A stretch of DNA of 63,965 bases, filler included, from Octopus bimaculoides (Eukaryota): assembly GCF_001194135.2 (NCBI RefSeq). It is 7 parts of 7 records of this genome, joined end to end, with 100 filler letters (N's around TTAATTAATTAA, not from the genome) between each part and the next. Parts side by side here need not be neighbours in the genome. Positions count along the whole stretch, not along the records: positions 6,354 to 33,576 come from NC_068984.1; positions 33,677 to 42,157 come from NC_068982.1; 5 more parts are not named here. One strand, written 5' to 3'. A program made the translations under genes and the position numbers. Below the pieces are notes generated by a model, which ran no database searches, was not told where the DNA came from, and saw only the letters and a list, made by a program, of their open reading frames with translations. Of this stretch, positions 26,300 through 38,099 are shown piece after piece (positions within the stretch are counted from its first letter, which is position 1; each line of letters starts with the position of its first letter).

Positions 26300-26912
26300 T
26301 ATATTTGCATGTTCTTCAAATGGCCCTGCAACATATTTTTGTCTTCCTTCCTGTCTCAGTAAGAGAGTATATTGAGATGTTAGGTGAATTAGTGCATTCA
26401 ACGTTACAGAAAAATGGTATGAACACCAGCTAGAGGCTGCCAGACTGAATGGCATTTACAAGAATTTATGTGATTTCTCCATAAAAATTCATCAAATTAT
26501 TGAAGCAAGGAGACCAGGTGTCATTGTGGAAGACAATAAACAAAAAAAAAAAAAAAAAAAAAAAACGAAAATAGTGTAAGATCATAGACTTTTCAATATC
26601 ATATGATAATAGATGGATATCAAAAAAACTGAGAAAATTGGGCAATATCAGGACCTGGTCAGAGAGATGAAAAGACTGCGGAAGACAGGAAAGAGAACTG
26701 TTCCTAAGGTGATTGGTGGACCACTTGACAGCCAAACTGCTGTCAAGCAAGCTGAAGAATATTGGAAAAGTTGACTTTGACAGAATCTGAACTCAGAACC
26801 TAGAGATGGATGAGATTCCACCAAGCATTTTGTTTAGCACACTAATAATTCAGCTAGATGGCAGTAATAATAATAATACAAAGCAAAAGTCAAACATATA
26901 ATAATAATAGTC

Positions 26913-27304
26913 ATGTCATGGATCGACTATTGTAAAGCATACGGAAGAAGATTGGGGACAATAGAGGGGCATCTTCCAAGGGGACTGCCTGTCCCCACTG
27001 ATCTTTGTACTGTGCTTGATACCACTGACACTGATTTTGAGGAAAGCAAAAGCTGGGTATATATTCAAATGCCGCTAGCAAAAAGTCAACCATTTGTTAT
27101 TCATGGACAACCTCAAGCTTTATGGTAAAGATGAAGCCCAAGTCAGTTCCCTCGTTGATACGGTGTATACCTTCAGTGCTGATATCAGAATGGAGAAAGT
27201 GTGGTGTGTTAGTGTTGAAGAGAGGCAAAATCAAATGTATGGACAGGCTAACAATACCATTGGGGGAGGTTATAAAGCAGATAGAAGAGATGGGCTATAA
27301 GTAC
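26913..27304 (+). pseudogene. R4/Dong-like non-LTR reverse transcriptase fragment
   Basis: Across frameshifts: WIDYCKAY, RGIFQGDCLSPLIFVLCLIPL, VNHLLFMDNLKLYGK, KCGVLVLKRGK, GYKY. Confidence 0.75.
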
Positions 27305-27319
27305 ATTGTTGTGGCTAAT

Positions 27320-27632
27320 GCCAGTACAGCCTGACTGGCACCTGTGCCAGTGACACGTATAAAGTACCATTCGAGCATGGTCGATGCCAGTACCACTTGA
27401 CTGGCTTCCATGCCAGTGGCACGTAAAAAGCACCATTCGAGCATGGTCATTGCCAGTGCTGCCTGGCTGGCTCCCATGTCGATGGCACATAAAAAGCACC
27501 ATTCAAGTATAGTTGATGCCAGTGCTGCCTGACTGGCTCCTGTGCCAGTGACATGTAAAAAGCACCATTCAAGCACAGTCGATGCCAGTGCCGCCTGACT
27601 GGCTCTCATGCTGGTGGCACATAAAAAACACC
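27320..27632 (+). repeat. 66-bp tandem repeat inside a family C SINE (four full units plus a partial fifth)
   Basis: Units start GCCAGT at 27320, 27386, 27452, 27518 and 27584. Confidence 0.92.
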
Positions 27633-27800
27633 CACTACACTCTCAGAGTGGTTGGTGTTAGGAACGGCATCCAGCTGAAGAAACCTTGCCTAATCAGATT
27701 GGGGCCTGGTGCAGCCTCCTGGCTTGCCAGCCCTCACTCAAACCATCCAACCCATGGAAAGCAGACGTTAAACAATGATGATGATGATGACGATGATGAT
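27320..27800 (+). mobile_element. SINE family C with an RTE-like 3' end and (GAT)n tail
   Basis: CACCCACTACACTCTCAGAGTGGTTGG...GGCATCCAGCTG...CCAACCCATGGAAAGCAGACGTTAAAC(GAT)n. Confidence 0.8.
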
Positions 27801-28304
27801 TATAAGTCCACTGTATTTGAATAAGTGTGTATTTCTTCCAATTAGATAAATAAAAAAATAAGATAAATTTAATTTTTCTTCTTTCTTTTTTTTTTCTTTT
27901 TCATCTTCTGCTCCACCCTGTATGTATAGAAAAAAAAAGTTTCAAATATCGTATGAAGAAAATTATATGAAATTTAAAAATAAAAACCCACAGTTTCTAT
28001 AGAAAAAAAGATTCCTTTGAACATAATTATATGTTCAATTAAAAATATACACACACTTTATTGTATGCAACAAATAAAAATTACGAAACAATAAAAAGAA
28101 GAATATGGCAAGACTAGTAGTTCTCTTTGACTTTTTATTTTCATAACAATGACATCAAAGCTTGACTGACTGGTTTGCTTTCTTCTTACCAAACTTCTCT
28201 GCTTCTTCTTCTCTATAACAATTCAGTAGTACCATTATTATAGATCTTTTAACTTTCATACTTCATTCAAAATTTGGATCATCATTAACATCGTCATCGT
28301 CGTC

Positions 28305-28460
28305 ATCATCATCATCATCATCAACATCATCATCGATCGTTTTAGTGTCTATTTTTCCATGCTTCCAAGGGCTAAATGGAGTTTATTGAAGCAGATTTTC
28401 TACTGCTGGATGCTCTTCCAGCCGCCAACCCTCACCTGCAATATTTCCTCATTGCTAGAT
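28305..28460 (-). mobile_element. SINE family C, degenerate 3' part
   Basis: (CAT)n CGTTTTAGTGTCTATTTTTCCATGC...GCTGGATGCTCTTCC. Confidence 0.65.
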
Positions 28461-28548
28461 ATGGTTTTGCAACAGAATGGAAATGAACAACAATCATTTA
28501 TGTCAATCACTTGATATCAAAACGAGAAGAAGCAAACATACACACACT

Positions 28549-28582
<34 letters not shown>

Positions 28583-28589
<7 letters not shown>

Positions 28590-28770
28590 GCATACACATA
28601 TGATGGGTTTCTTTCAGTTTCCATCTACCAAGTTCATTCACAAGGTTTTGTCCATCCTGAGGCCAAAGAGAAAAACATTTGCCCAGGCCAAAGAAGAAAA
28701 CATGCAGTGGGACTGAACCTAAAACCATGTTGCTGGGAAGCATATTTCTTAACCACACAGCCATGCCTGC
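28583..28770 (-). mobile_element. SINE family B, 5' half
   Basis: TTTCTTTCAGTTTCCATCTACC...GGGACTGAACC...AACCACACAGCC. Confidence 0.75.
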
Positions 28771-28865
28771 ATTTAACATTTTCAGAAAACTACTTTAAAG
28801 CATATGATGAAGTGTTAATGTCTCTGCTGTTAAAAGTAGTTTTAGAGGAATTTTTTCTTTGTTAT

Positions 28866-29023
28866 GAGTGGCTGTGTGGTAAGTAGCTTGCTTACCAACC
28901 ACATGGTGCCGGATTCATTCCCACTGTTTGGAAAATTAGGCAAGTGTCTTCTACTATAGCCTCGGGCTGACCAAAGCCTTGTGAGTGGATTCGGTAGACG
29001 GAAGCTGAAAAAATCCTGTTGTA

Positions 29024-29084
<61 letters not shown>

Positions 29085-29296
29085 ATATGTTTGTGTCTGT
29101 GTTTGTCCCCCCAACATCGCTTGACAACCGATGCTGGTGTGTTGATGTCCCCGTAACTTAGCGGTTCGGCAAAAGAGACATAGCATAAGTACTAGGCTTC
29201 CAAAGAATAAGTCCTGGGGTTGATTTGCTCGACTAAAGGCGGTGCTGCAGCATGGCCGCAGTCAAATGATTGAAACAATTAAAAGAGTAAAAGAGT
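28866..29296 (+). mobile_element. SINE family B, full length
   Basis: Same layout as 16066-16477. Confidence 0.88.
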
Positions 29297-29369
29297 GAAC
29301 CAGACACTTGCAGATCTGTTAACTCTTTAAGGTCTTCATTTAGGAGTGTATTATTATCAGCACAGCAGA

Positions 29370-29672
29370 ATTGATACTGTGCCATATAAAAAGCACTGGT
29401 GCTGGTGCCATGTGAAAAAAATACTGGTGATGGTGCCACTCAAAAGCACTGGTGTGGGTGCCACATAAAAAGCACTAATCCTGGTGCCACGTGAAAAGTA
29501 CTCTGTAAAGTGGTTGATATCAGGAAGGTCATCCAGCAATTGAAACTATACAAGAACAGACAATGGAGCCTGGTGCAGCAGCCCCTGACCTTGCCAGCTC
29601 CTGTCAAATCATTTGACCCATACCAGCATGGAAAATGGATATTAACTGATGATGATGATAATGACGATGATG
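29370..29672 (+). mobile_element. SINE family C variant with a 26-30-bp internal repeat
   Basis: Repeats of GCACTGGTG..GGTGCCA...AAAA, then CAGGAAGGTCATCCAGC and a (GAT)n tail. Confidence 0.75.
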
Positions 29673-29740
29673 AGAGAATAAATCCTAACAACTGCACCAA
29701 ATATTTTGAATTTTATTTCCTGTGACTGTTTTATCTTCTA

Positions 29741-30105
29741 CCTGGAGCACCGCCTTTAGTCGAGCAAATCGACCCCAGGACTTATTCTTTGTAAGCCTCG
29801 TACTTATTCTATCGGTCCTTTTTGCTGAACCGCTAAGTTACGGGGACGTAAACACACCAGCTTCGGTTGTCAAGCGAAGTTGAGGGGACAAACACAAACA
29901 CACAAACATATGCACATACATATATATATATATATATATGCATAAATACGACAGGCTTCTTTCAGTTTCTGTCTACCAGATCTACTCACAAGGCTTTGGT
30001 CGGCCCGAGGCTATAGTAGAAGACACTTGCCCAATGGGCCACGCAGTGAGACTGAACCAGGAAACATGTGGTTTATAAGCAAGCTACTTACCACACAGCC
30101 ACTCC
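29741..30105 (-). mobile_element. SINE family B, near full length
   Basis: Reverse complement of the family B layout. Confidence 0.85.
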
Positions 30106-30116
30106 TATATATATAT

Positions 30117-30258
30117 CATCATCATCATCATCATCATCGTTTAACGTCCGCTTTCCATGCTAGCATGGGTTGGACGATTTGACTGAGGACTGGTGAAACC
30201 GGATGGCAACACCAGGCTCCAGTCTGATTTGGCAGAGTTTCTACAGCTGGATGCCCTT

Positions 30259-30260
<2 letters not shown>
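30117..30260 (-). mobile_element. Young family C SINE, 5'-truncated, inside (TA)n
   Basis: (TA)n on both sides. Differs from 33351-33490 at one position by eye. Confidence 0.9.
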
Positions 30261-30300
<40 letters not shown>

Positions 30301-30879
30301 CATACACACATACACACACACACATGGAGATGTATACTGGGAAGCAGTGGGTGTGGATAGCTTGTGTATAATAAATTGCATATTGTTCCTATGCAAATGT
30401 ATACATGTGTGTTTTAGTGTGTGTATAATACAGTTTATGTACATATAATATATACGCATAAACACACAGGTACAAATGCCATTCTTTAAAATAAAGATAT
30501 GCAGACAAAGCACTTTTCGAAGACATTCGAATAGAATCAGATAATCAACAAATCATAGAATAATATTGAGGACACCAATTTTTACCATTATTGTTGCACA
30601 ATAGTTGTCATTCTTATTGTCAATATCATCATTACCATCATCATCATCCACTGTGATAACAACCACCAACACCAACTTATCACCACCATCATCATTGGTG
30701 TTATCATTATCATCATCTTTTTAACATCATCCTCGTCATTGTCTTCGTCGTTGCTATCATCACCGTCATCAACATTATTGTAATCATTGTCATCATAGAT
30801 ATCAATCAGATTTGTTATATTCATAAAAAGTCATTATTGTTGTCATTTCTTTTTATGGTTATTGTTGTGGCTGCAATTA

Positions 30880-30910
<31 letters not shown>

Positions 30911-31200
30911 TTTGAGTGTGAGAGCAGTGTATGCCACCAAAGAGACTCTGGGGTAAAATATACAAATATACCCATCATGACTATCCATCTGATAAGGGTA
31001 CACCAGGTACATGCATCACATCCGTATGTGCGCGACATGGTGATCTCATATCAAGATAAACAGTGCATGATCTCACAGGAGGAGCCCAGTTAGAATTTTC
31101 TTCAGGTTGAGTAGCCCATTCCGCTCAAAAGGACCCTGAATAAGGGTTGTTTAAGGATGTTGAATGAAACATTCATGTTTCCAAACATGAATTATTTACA
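30911..31200 (-). mobile_element. Unclassified (TAA)n-tailed retroposon, copy 2
   Basis: Similar to 11101-11420. Confidence 0.75.
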
Positions 31201-31297
31201 AGCATCATGCAAACTGTCTTTCATTATGAGAGAGAAACCTTTTCTTATCAACAGAAATAATGGCTCTCTGAACTTTCTCAAGTCTGATTTTGTTCTA

Positions 31298-32535
31298 TTG
31301 GGTTGGCAACTAAGTTCCTGCGGTTTTTTAAAATTTGAATTTTTTAAAAGATTTAATAAAAAATAACAACTAATTAATCAATAATGTATTCACCCTTGTT
31401 GTTTACAACTTCTTCCCAACGTTCAACAAGATTTGCAGTACCTCATTGGTAGAAATCACCCGATTTCAACTCGAAAAATTGATCCAACCAAGCTCTCAAT
31501 TCTGCATCAGTATTGAATGAAATTCCGTGCATAGCATTTGAAAGAGATTGAAAGAGGTGGAAATCCATTGGTGCCAAATCAGGATAGTATGGCAGGTGTG
31601 GCAGCACTTCCCAGCCATGCATTTGAATGGCTTCCTTGGTCATATTGGCGATATGAGAGCAGACGTTGTTGTGCAGCAGAAGAACTCCATGCTGCCAATT
31701 AGGTCTTTTCTTTTGAATAGCCGTGTTCAGTTGTTCCATCTGTTGAACATAGAGTTCCGCGTTGACCGTTTGGTTCTGTTCAAGTAATTCGTAATGGATA
31801 ATCCCTTCCCAGTCCCACCATACACACAACATCATTTTACGTGGATGAAGATCCTGTTTCATGTGCAGTGTTGCTTGTTTGCCGGGGCTAAGCCATTCCT
31901 TACGCTGCTTCATATTGATATACAGGCACCATTTCTCATTGCCAGTAATGATTCGGTAAAGAAATCGTTGCTTGTGTACATGAGTTGAGCGGGGACAAGC
32001 AAGCAAACTAGCAGAGGTCGTGGCTCATTGATTTTTGCTGTTGTCACTTAAAGCATGCAAAATCCATGCTCCATACTTCTGAACTTTTCCCATCGAGTGA
32101 AGTTGCTTCTCTATAGCAGTGTGGGAGTCTTTCATTTTATCTGCCAGTTCCCTTGTCGTTTGACAAGAATTTTCACGCAAAAGTTGGTTTAATTGCTCTT
32201 CATCGAACTCAACTGGACGGCCAGAACGAGGTACATCTTTGAGGTCAAAATTTCCATTTTTGTACTTGGCATAGCAATCAAGAGCAGTTCTTTCAGTTAT
32301 GGCACCCTCTCCATACACAACACAAATGTCGTGAACAGCTTCATTAAAAACAAAATAAAGGATGTGTCGAAAATGCTCATTTTTCTTAACTTGACATTCC
32401 ATTTTAATGATCTGAAAATAAACAAAAATTAACTAAAATTAACTAGAAAAAAAAACCCAAAATAGATTCCAAAATTTAAAAACGCAATAAATTCCAAAAT
32501 TTAAAAAAACAGCAGGCACTTAGTTGCCAACCCAA
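31298..32535 (-). mobile_element. Full-length mariner, 1238 bp, with TA TSD
   Basis: TIRs TTGGGTTGGCAACTAAGT(T/G)CCTGC(G/T)GTTTTT with 2 mismatches. TA at 31296-31297 and 32536-32537. Confidence 0.95.
31374..32402 (-). pseudogene. Mariner DD34D transposase pseudogene (342 codons)
   Basis: One frame with two premature TGA codons (32025, 31443). Motifs HFRHIL, RSGRP, ITGNEKW, LHNN, HLPYYPDLAPMD. The first two catalytic Asp are changed to Asn. Confidence 0.93.
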
Positions 32536-33350
32536 TAATAACTACACTTTCAGAAGAATTTCCTCTTCTGCTAATTAGGTCACCTATGTAACAGAAGCTA
32601 TCTGCTACCTCTAGGGGTCCTCCAAAGTATTTGAGAAAGTCCATTTCCCATGCATTCTTAGCCCCTTGCAGATGGGAAGCAGTACTGGCCACATGAAAAC
32701 ACTACATGAGACCAGTGTGATATCTTGCTCTGTGTGGCACCATGTTTTCAAGTAAAAATCTATAATATTCCTTGTATGAAGAATTATGTAGTTACTAAAT
32801 GGCCTAATACCAGTACACAGCACAGACTGTCAGCACCAAATCCGTCTGCAAGGGGTTAATTTTTATTGCTTCTGAGCATCTGCCACACACAAAGTCTGTT
32901 TCCTGTTAACCTACCTGTTGTGATAATACTGCGTTCCTTGTGTGTCCATTAGTTTGCATTAGACTCTTGTGTGTCCATGTTTGCTTATGAATATGGCTAC
33001 CAAAATAGAGACGCGTGTCTGACAAGTGTGTACGGCACAGGTGTCCATGATGGTATTTATTAAGACTGGATATTAATTACTAGAAAAAATCACAAATAGC
33101 ATTTAACAGCGTTACTATTAAAGTTTAGAAATTCAAGTTTATGCAAAGTAACTTTTGTTTTAAATATTTCAATTGTAACAGTTAGTTTCAATATTTTTTT
33201 GAAGAATCAATAATGGAGTCTCTATGTCAGTAGTTTGATGTGCTAAAAATTGTGTCACCGCTCATATACAAAAAGATGAGATGTGTAAGTAAGTATATAT
33301 GTATGTATGTATATGTATGTATATACATACATATATATATATATATATAT

Positions 33351-33576
33351 CATCATCATCATCATCGTCGTTTAACGTCCGCTTTCCATGCTAGCATGGG
33401 TTGGACGATTTGACTGAGGACTGGTGAAACCGGATGGCAACACCAGGCTCCAGTCTAATTTGGCAGAGTTTCTACAGCTGGATGCCCTTCCTAACGCCAA
33501 CCACTCAGAGAGTGTAGTGGGTGCTTTTACGTGTCACCCGCACGAAAACGGCCACGCTCGAAATGGTGTCTTTTAT
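33351..33576 (-). mobile_element. Young family C SINE, cut by a gap
   Basis: Its (GAT)n tail abuts (TA)n. Near-identical to 30117-30260. Confidence 0.9.
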
Positions 33577-33620
33577 NNNNNNNNNNNNNNNNNNNNNNNN
33601 NNNNNNNNNNNNNNNNNNNN

Positions 33621-33632
33621 TTAATTAATTAA
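33621..33632. other. Assembly spacer TTAATTAATTAA
   Basis: 44 N on each side. Confidence 0.95.
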
Positions 33633-33676
33633 NNNNNNNNNNNNNNNNNNNNNNNNNNNNNNNNNNNNNNNNNNNN

Positions 33677-33956
33677 ATAACTCGAATGTGGAATCTAAAA
33701 ACAGAAACAATTCCTATCATAGTAGGTGCCTTAGGTATAATAAAAAAATATTCAGACAAATACATAACAAAAACACCAGGACTTACAAATATATATAACA
33801 TACAGAAAATTGCACTACTGGGTACTGCACACATTCTACGCAAAACACTTTCAATACAGTAAACATAAGAGCACCACAGCAAACCACAGCACATACCCAA
33901 GGCGCACAGAGCTGCGCTCGGTAGTGAAGTGAAAGCACGTTATAAAAATAAAACTA

Positions 33957-34030
<74 letters not shown>
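33677..34030 (+). mobile_element. R4/Dong-like element 3' end: open ORF terminus, 3' UTR and (TAA)n
   Basis: 33677-33862 reads ITRMWNLKTETIPIIVGALGIIKKYSDKYITKTPGLTNIYNIQKIALLGTAHILRKTLSIQ*, typical of R4-clade RLE C-termini. About 96 bp of UTR follows, then (TAA)n. Confidence 0.85.
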
Positions 34031-34032
<2 letters not shown>

Positions 34033-34539
34033 TACTTAGTACGTTAGAGCAGGATGAAACAAATATGATATGAAGTAAAATAGAATTCTAGACACTTATA
34101 AAGAATGAAACAGTTCTATGAGAGCTTGAATAAACATACGAGGAAAAAAAAAACGTAAAAAGCAGAATGATATTGACCTCAATTCACGTAAACACTACAG
34201 CAACGTAAGTACTGTTAAGTTATCGACTAAGACAGAGCTAATCAATTTTGACAAATAGAATATTTGAAAAAATTATTTGCTGAAACAATTACATTGTGAA
34301 AGATAGCAATGCTAACTATTTTAAAGCATATACTACACATTCATATTCATTGTTCTTTATTTTGTGATATAGAAGTACTACACAAATTTTCTGGCAACTG
34401 ATTATTCGTGACGCCGGATTAACAAGTAACAATATTTTGTGGTAAATTCCCAACAAACTGCCGCCTTGTTAGCGGATTAGCAAGAGACATGTAATCATAT
34501 TCTGGGATAATTTTCTAACAAACTGCTACCTTGTTAAAT

Positions 34540-35010
34540 TGAATAAATTCCTAATAAACAGTCGCCTTATTTTTTGGTTTCAAATTTTGACACAAAGCCA
34601 GCAATTTTGGGGTAGCAGGTTAGTCGATTACAACGACCCCAGTTCTCAGCTGATGCTTATGTTACCGATCCCGAAACGGATGAAAAGTAAAGTTGACCTC
34701 GGCAGTGCTGCGCTAAGCATTTTGTCTGATGCACAAACATTTTTGCCAGTCCGCCGCCTTATTGTCACCTCGTTATTAATAACATTTTAAAGGTAGAAAG
34801 CTGGCAGAAGTGTTAGTGCATCGAACAAAATGCTTATCGATATTTCTCCTGAATCTTTACGTTCTGAGTTCAAATGCTGCCGAGATCGACTTTACCTTTC
34901 ACTCTTTTCGGAGTTGGCAAAATTAAATAACAGTCAAATACTGGGGTAGATGTAATTAACTTGCCCCGACCCTCAATACTGCTGGGCTTGTGCCAAAATT
35001 AGAAAGGTTA
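34540..35010. mobile_element. Divergent pair of family A SINEs (minus about 34540-34720, plus about 34788-35010)
   Basis: Family A motifs on both strands. Confidence 0.7.
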
Positions 35011-35628
35011 TTAATCCCATTTTTCGGCACTAAACCTTCGCGAAACATTTATTTATTCATTAGAAACATGCTATGAAGGTGGAAGCATTCTCTAAGACGT
35101 CGACTAAAATTATATGAAGATTCACATCTTTAAACTTCATCTACTGTCGTAAGTCACCTTCTAATCAATGGATTTCCCGGCCTATCTCCCGGCACAAAAT
35201 AGTGAAGATAATATATATATATTCACCGCAGTGAAGGTAAAATTTTATATCAACACGATCTTCCCAAAGAAAAAGTCCTTTGGAGCTTAGCGTATGGTGT
35301 TAAATTTAATTACAAGCATTTGTACCTTCATATTATTATAGTAAGCTGTAGACAATGTTTCCGCTTTCATGATATGTCTTTTGTGAATGAACAACAGTGT
35401 ATTTTGAAGGCTTGGTAGCGAAAAACATTTATGATGGTCGCGGGAAATTCTAGTGCCCTCACATAATTACGTCAGGATTAAAAGGGTTACCAGATCATTT
35501 ACAGACAGGAAGATGATATCGAAAAGACGGGAAAATGATATCGTCAAATACTGGTTTCCATGTGACTAATTCTACCACCCACCAACTTTGTGCTAAAATT
35601 TGAAAGAATTATTCTTATTATTATTATT

Positions 35629-36270
35629 CGAGCTGGCAGAATCGTTAGCATGCTGGACGAAATACTTAGCGGTATTTCGCCCGTCGCTATGTTCTGAGTT
35701 CAAATTCCGCTGAGGTCGGTTTCACTTTTCATTATTTCGGAGTCGATAAAGTAACGACCACTGAAACACTGGAGTCAATGTAAAATTGCTGCCTTTGTGG
35801 CAAAATTTGGAACTATTATTATTAAGCTGGCTAAAAACTATTATTATTAAGCTGGCTAAAAAATATTTGCACGCCGAGCAAAATGCTTAGTGACTTTCAG
35901 TTTCAAATTCAAATACTACCGAGTTCAACTTTGCTTTTCATCCCTTCGGGGTCGATAAATTAAGTATTAGTGAAACATTGGGGTCGATGTAATCGACTAG
36001 TCCTTTCCCCAAAATTTTTCAGGCCTTGTACCTTTAGTAGAAAGGATTATTATTATTATTAAGGCGACAAGCTGACAGAATTGTTAGCATGCCGGGGAAA
36101 ATGCTTAGCGGCTTTCAGTCCCTCTTTACTTTCTAAGTTCAAATACCGCCGAGGTCAACTTTGTCTTTCATCCTTTCAGAGACGATAGAATAAGTACCTG
36201 TTGAGCACTGGAATTGATGTAATCGAGTGGACACAAAATTTCAGGTCTTGTGCCTACAGTAGAGAGTATT
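35629..36270 (+). mobile_element. Three head-to-tail family A SINEs joined at (TAT)n
   Basis: Heads at about 35629, 35825 and 36060, each directly after a TATTATTAT tract. Confidence 0.85.
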
Positions 36271-37282
36271 ATTATTATCATAAAGTTTTGAAACTGTACC
36301 ATTTTTTAAAATTCTCCACACGAAAATACACAAAATGCCTCTAGATTATAATCTCAGAACCTAATACACAATAAATATACAAATGTGAAACAGTGTGATA
36401 TTTTTCAAAGAGGATCCATTTCAAGGCTAATCAGTTTTGCCTCAGCTTTCACTCTCATGGCTTGTTAATGAATACTGTGTCTTCCCAATTATATCTCAAG
36501 CATTTAAACTGAGTACTCGAAATGATATTGAGCTCAAGGTTTTTTGCTAACAGCAGCAGAACTTAATGAGGTAGGGATGCACTTCGGTGTTGAAAGATCC
36601 TCAAATGTGACCTTTAAGTGATGTTATGTTCAGTGAAAACGACGATGAAATAAAACTAAGGAGTTTTGTGCTGATACTTTATCATCCATGAAGGTCGTGG
36701 CATTAGACACAAATCATAAAAATAAAGATCCAAATGAAATTCTACCGAAAAGTAAGGCTGATTTTGAAATCTGAATGACATTCCAATACTAACATCCAAC
36801 TATAAAAACAGCTTAAATGTCCCTTTTCTAGAAATGTCAATATAATAAACTTCACTTAGAAAAATCTGTGTATGAGAATTTACCATTCAAAAGTTAACAC
36901 TGACCGAATATTTTGATCTAGAAGTGCGACAGAGGATGTAATGAAACCACTTCTTGACTATGAAATGTGAATATTTAGAGATGACAAACCACTAGATGAT
37001 GCAATTATTAAGTAAGCAAAAGAAGCTGTGCTCAAACACAAAAGAAAAAAATCAAACAATGGACTTCACAGGTAGTCTGTCACATTACAAAGAACGATAG
37101 TGGTTTAGTATAAGGAACTAGGAAGATCAGCACACTTAGAGAGGAGGTTAACTCGGTGAATAATTGTAATTGTATTAATAAGACATCTGGGACAAATAAA
37201 TATTTAATCAACTATCTGTAGGGATATGAAACTTTTGAAAATCGTAGCACAGAAAGTCGCATTATTATCGATAGTTTATAAA

Positions 37283-37380
37283 GCAGCGAGCTGGCAGAAT
37301 CATTAACACGCCGAGCAAAATGCTTAGCATTACGTTCTGAGTTCAAATTCCGCCGTGGCCGACTTTGTTTTCATCTTTTT
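37283..37380 (+). mobile_element. SINE family A, 5' part
   Basis: GCGAGCTGGCAGAATCATTAACACGCCG...GAGTTCAAATTCCGCC. Confidence 0.75.
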
Positions 37381-37950
37381 CGCGGTTGGTACTTTTATTT
37401 TATCAACCTGGAAATGCCGATGGCTTGGTCAATTATATCAACTCCAGAACTATACTGGTACTTTGTTTTAATGACTTCGAAATGCTGAAGGACAAAATTG
37501 ACTTTGACAAAGTTCACCTCGAAATGCTGAAACACAAAGTTAACTTGAACGACTTTTAGCATACACCACTCTGCTGTTAGGATTCGGGCTAAATCTTCGG
37601 TTTTAGAGCAGTTTTGTCCATCTTCCAAGCCCTGTGAAAGCTCATGGTCACTGCTTTCCCACTCGACTAAAAAAAGAGTTTATCAAAATTACAAGCATTC
37701 TTTTACTCATTGCAATTTTGGTTTATCTGTTCATTATGGATTAACGCTTTTTGGAGAAACTGAGTTAATGTGTTTTGTTTAGAAATACATAGATTCATTG
37801 TAAACAGAATATATTTGCTTATAAAACTAATCTCAACATTTAGAAAAATAACACACACACATATAATATGTAAATATACATATGTGTGTGTATGTGTGTG
37901 CGCGCGCGCATGTGTGTGTATGTATATATGTATATATACAAATGTATGTA

Positions 37951-38003
<53 letters not shown>

Positions 38004-38038
38004 GCATGTATTTATATATGTACACATGCACAGATATT

Positions 38039-38099
<61 letters not shown>

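Larger units (their letters stand above)
31197..32690 (-). pseudogene. RTE LINE RT fragment interrupted by the mariner
   Basis: 32690-32538 reads LEVADSFCYIGDLISRRGNSSESVV and 31295-31197 continues RTKSDLRKFREPLFLLIRKGFSLIMKDSLHDAC. The pieces join in frame when the mariner and one TA are removed. Confidence 0.8.

Noticed and set aside
26913-34030. The two R4-like pieces as a single element
   Set aside because: One is heavily decayed and the other intact, and 6 kb of unrelated inserts and a gap separate them.
36560-37080. Purine-rich coding-like stretch
   Set aside because: Stops occur in all plus frames and I recognise no motif.
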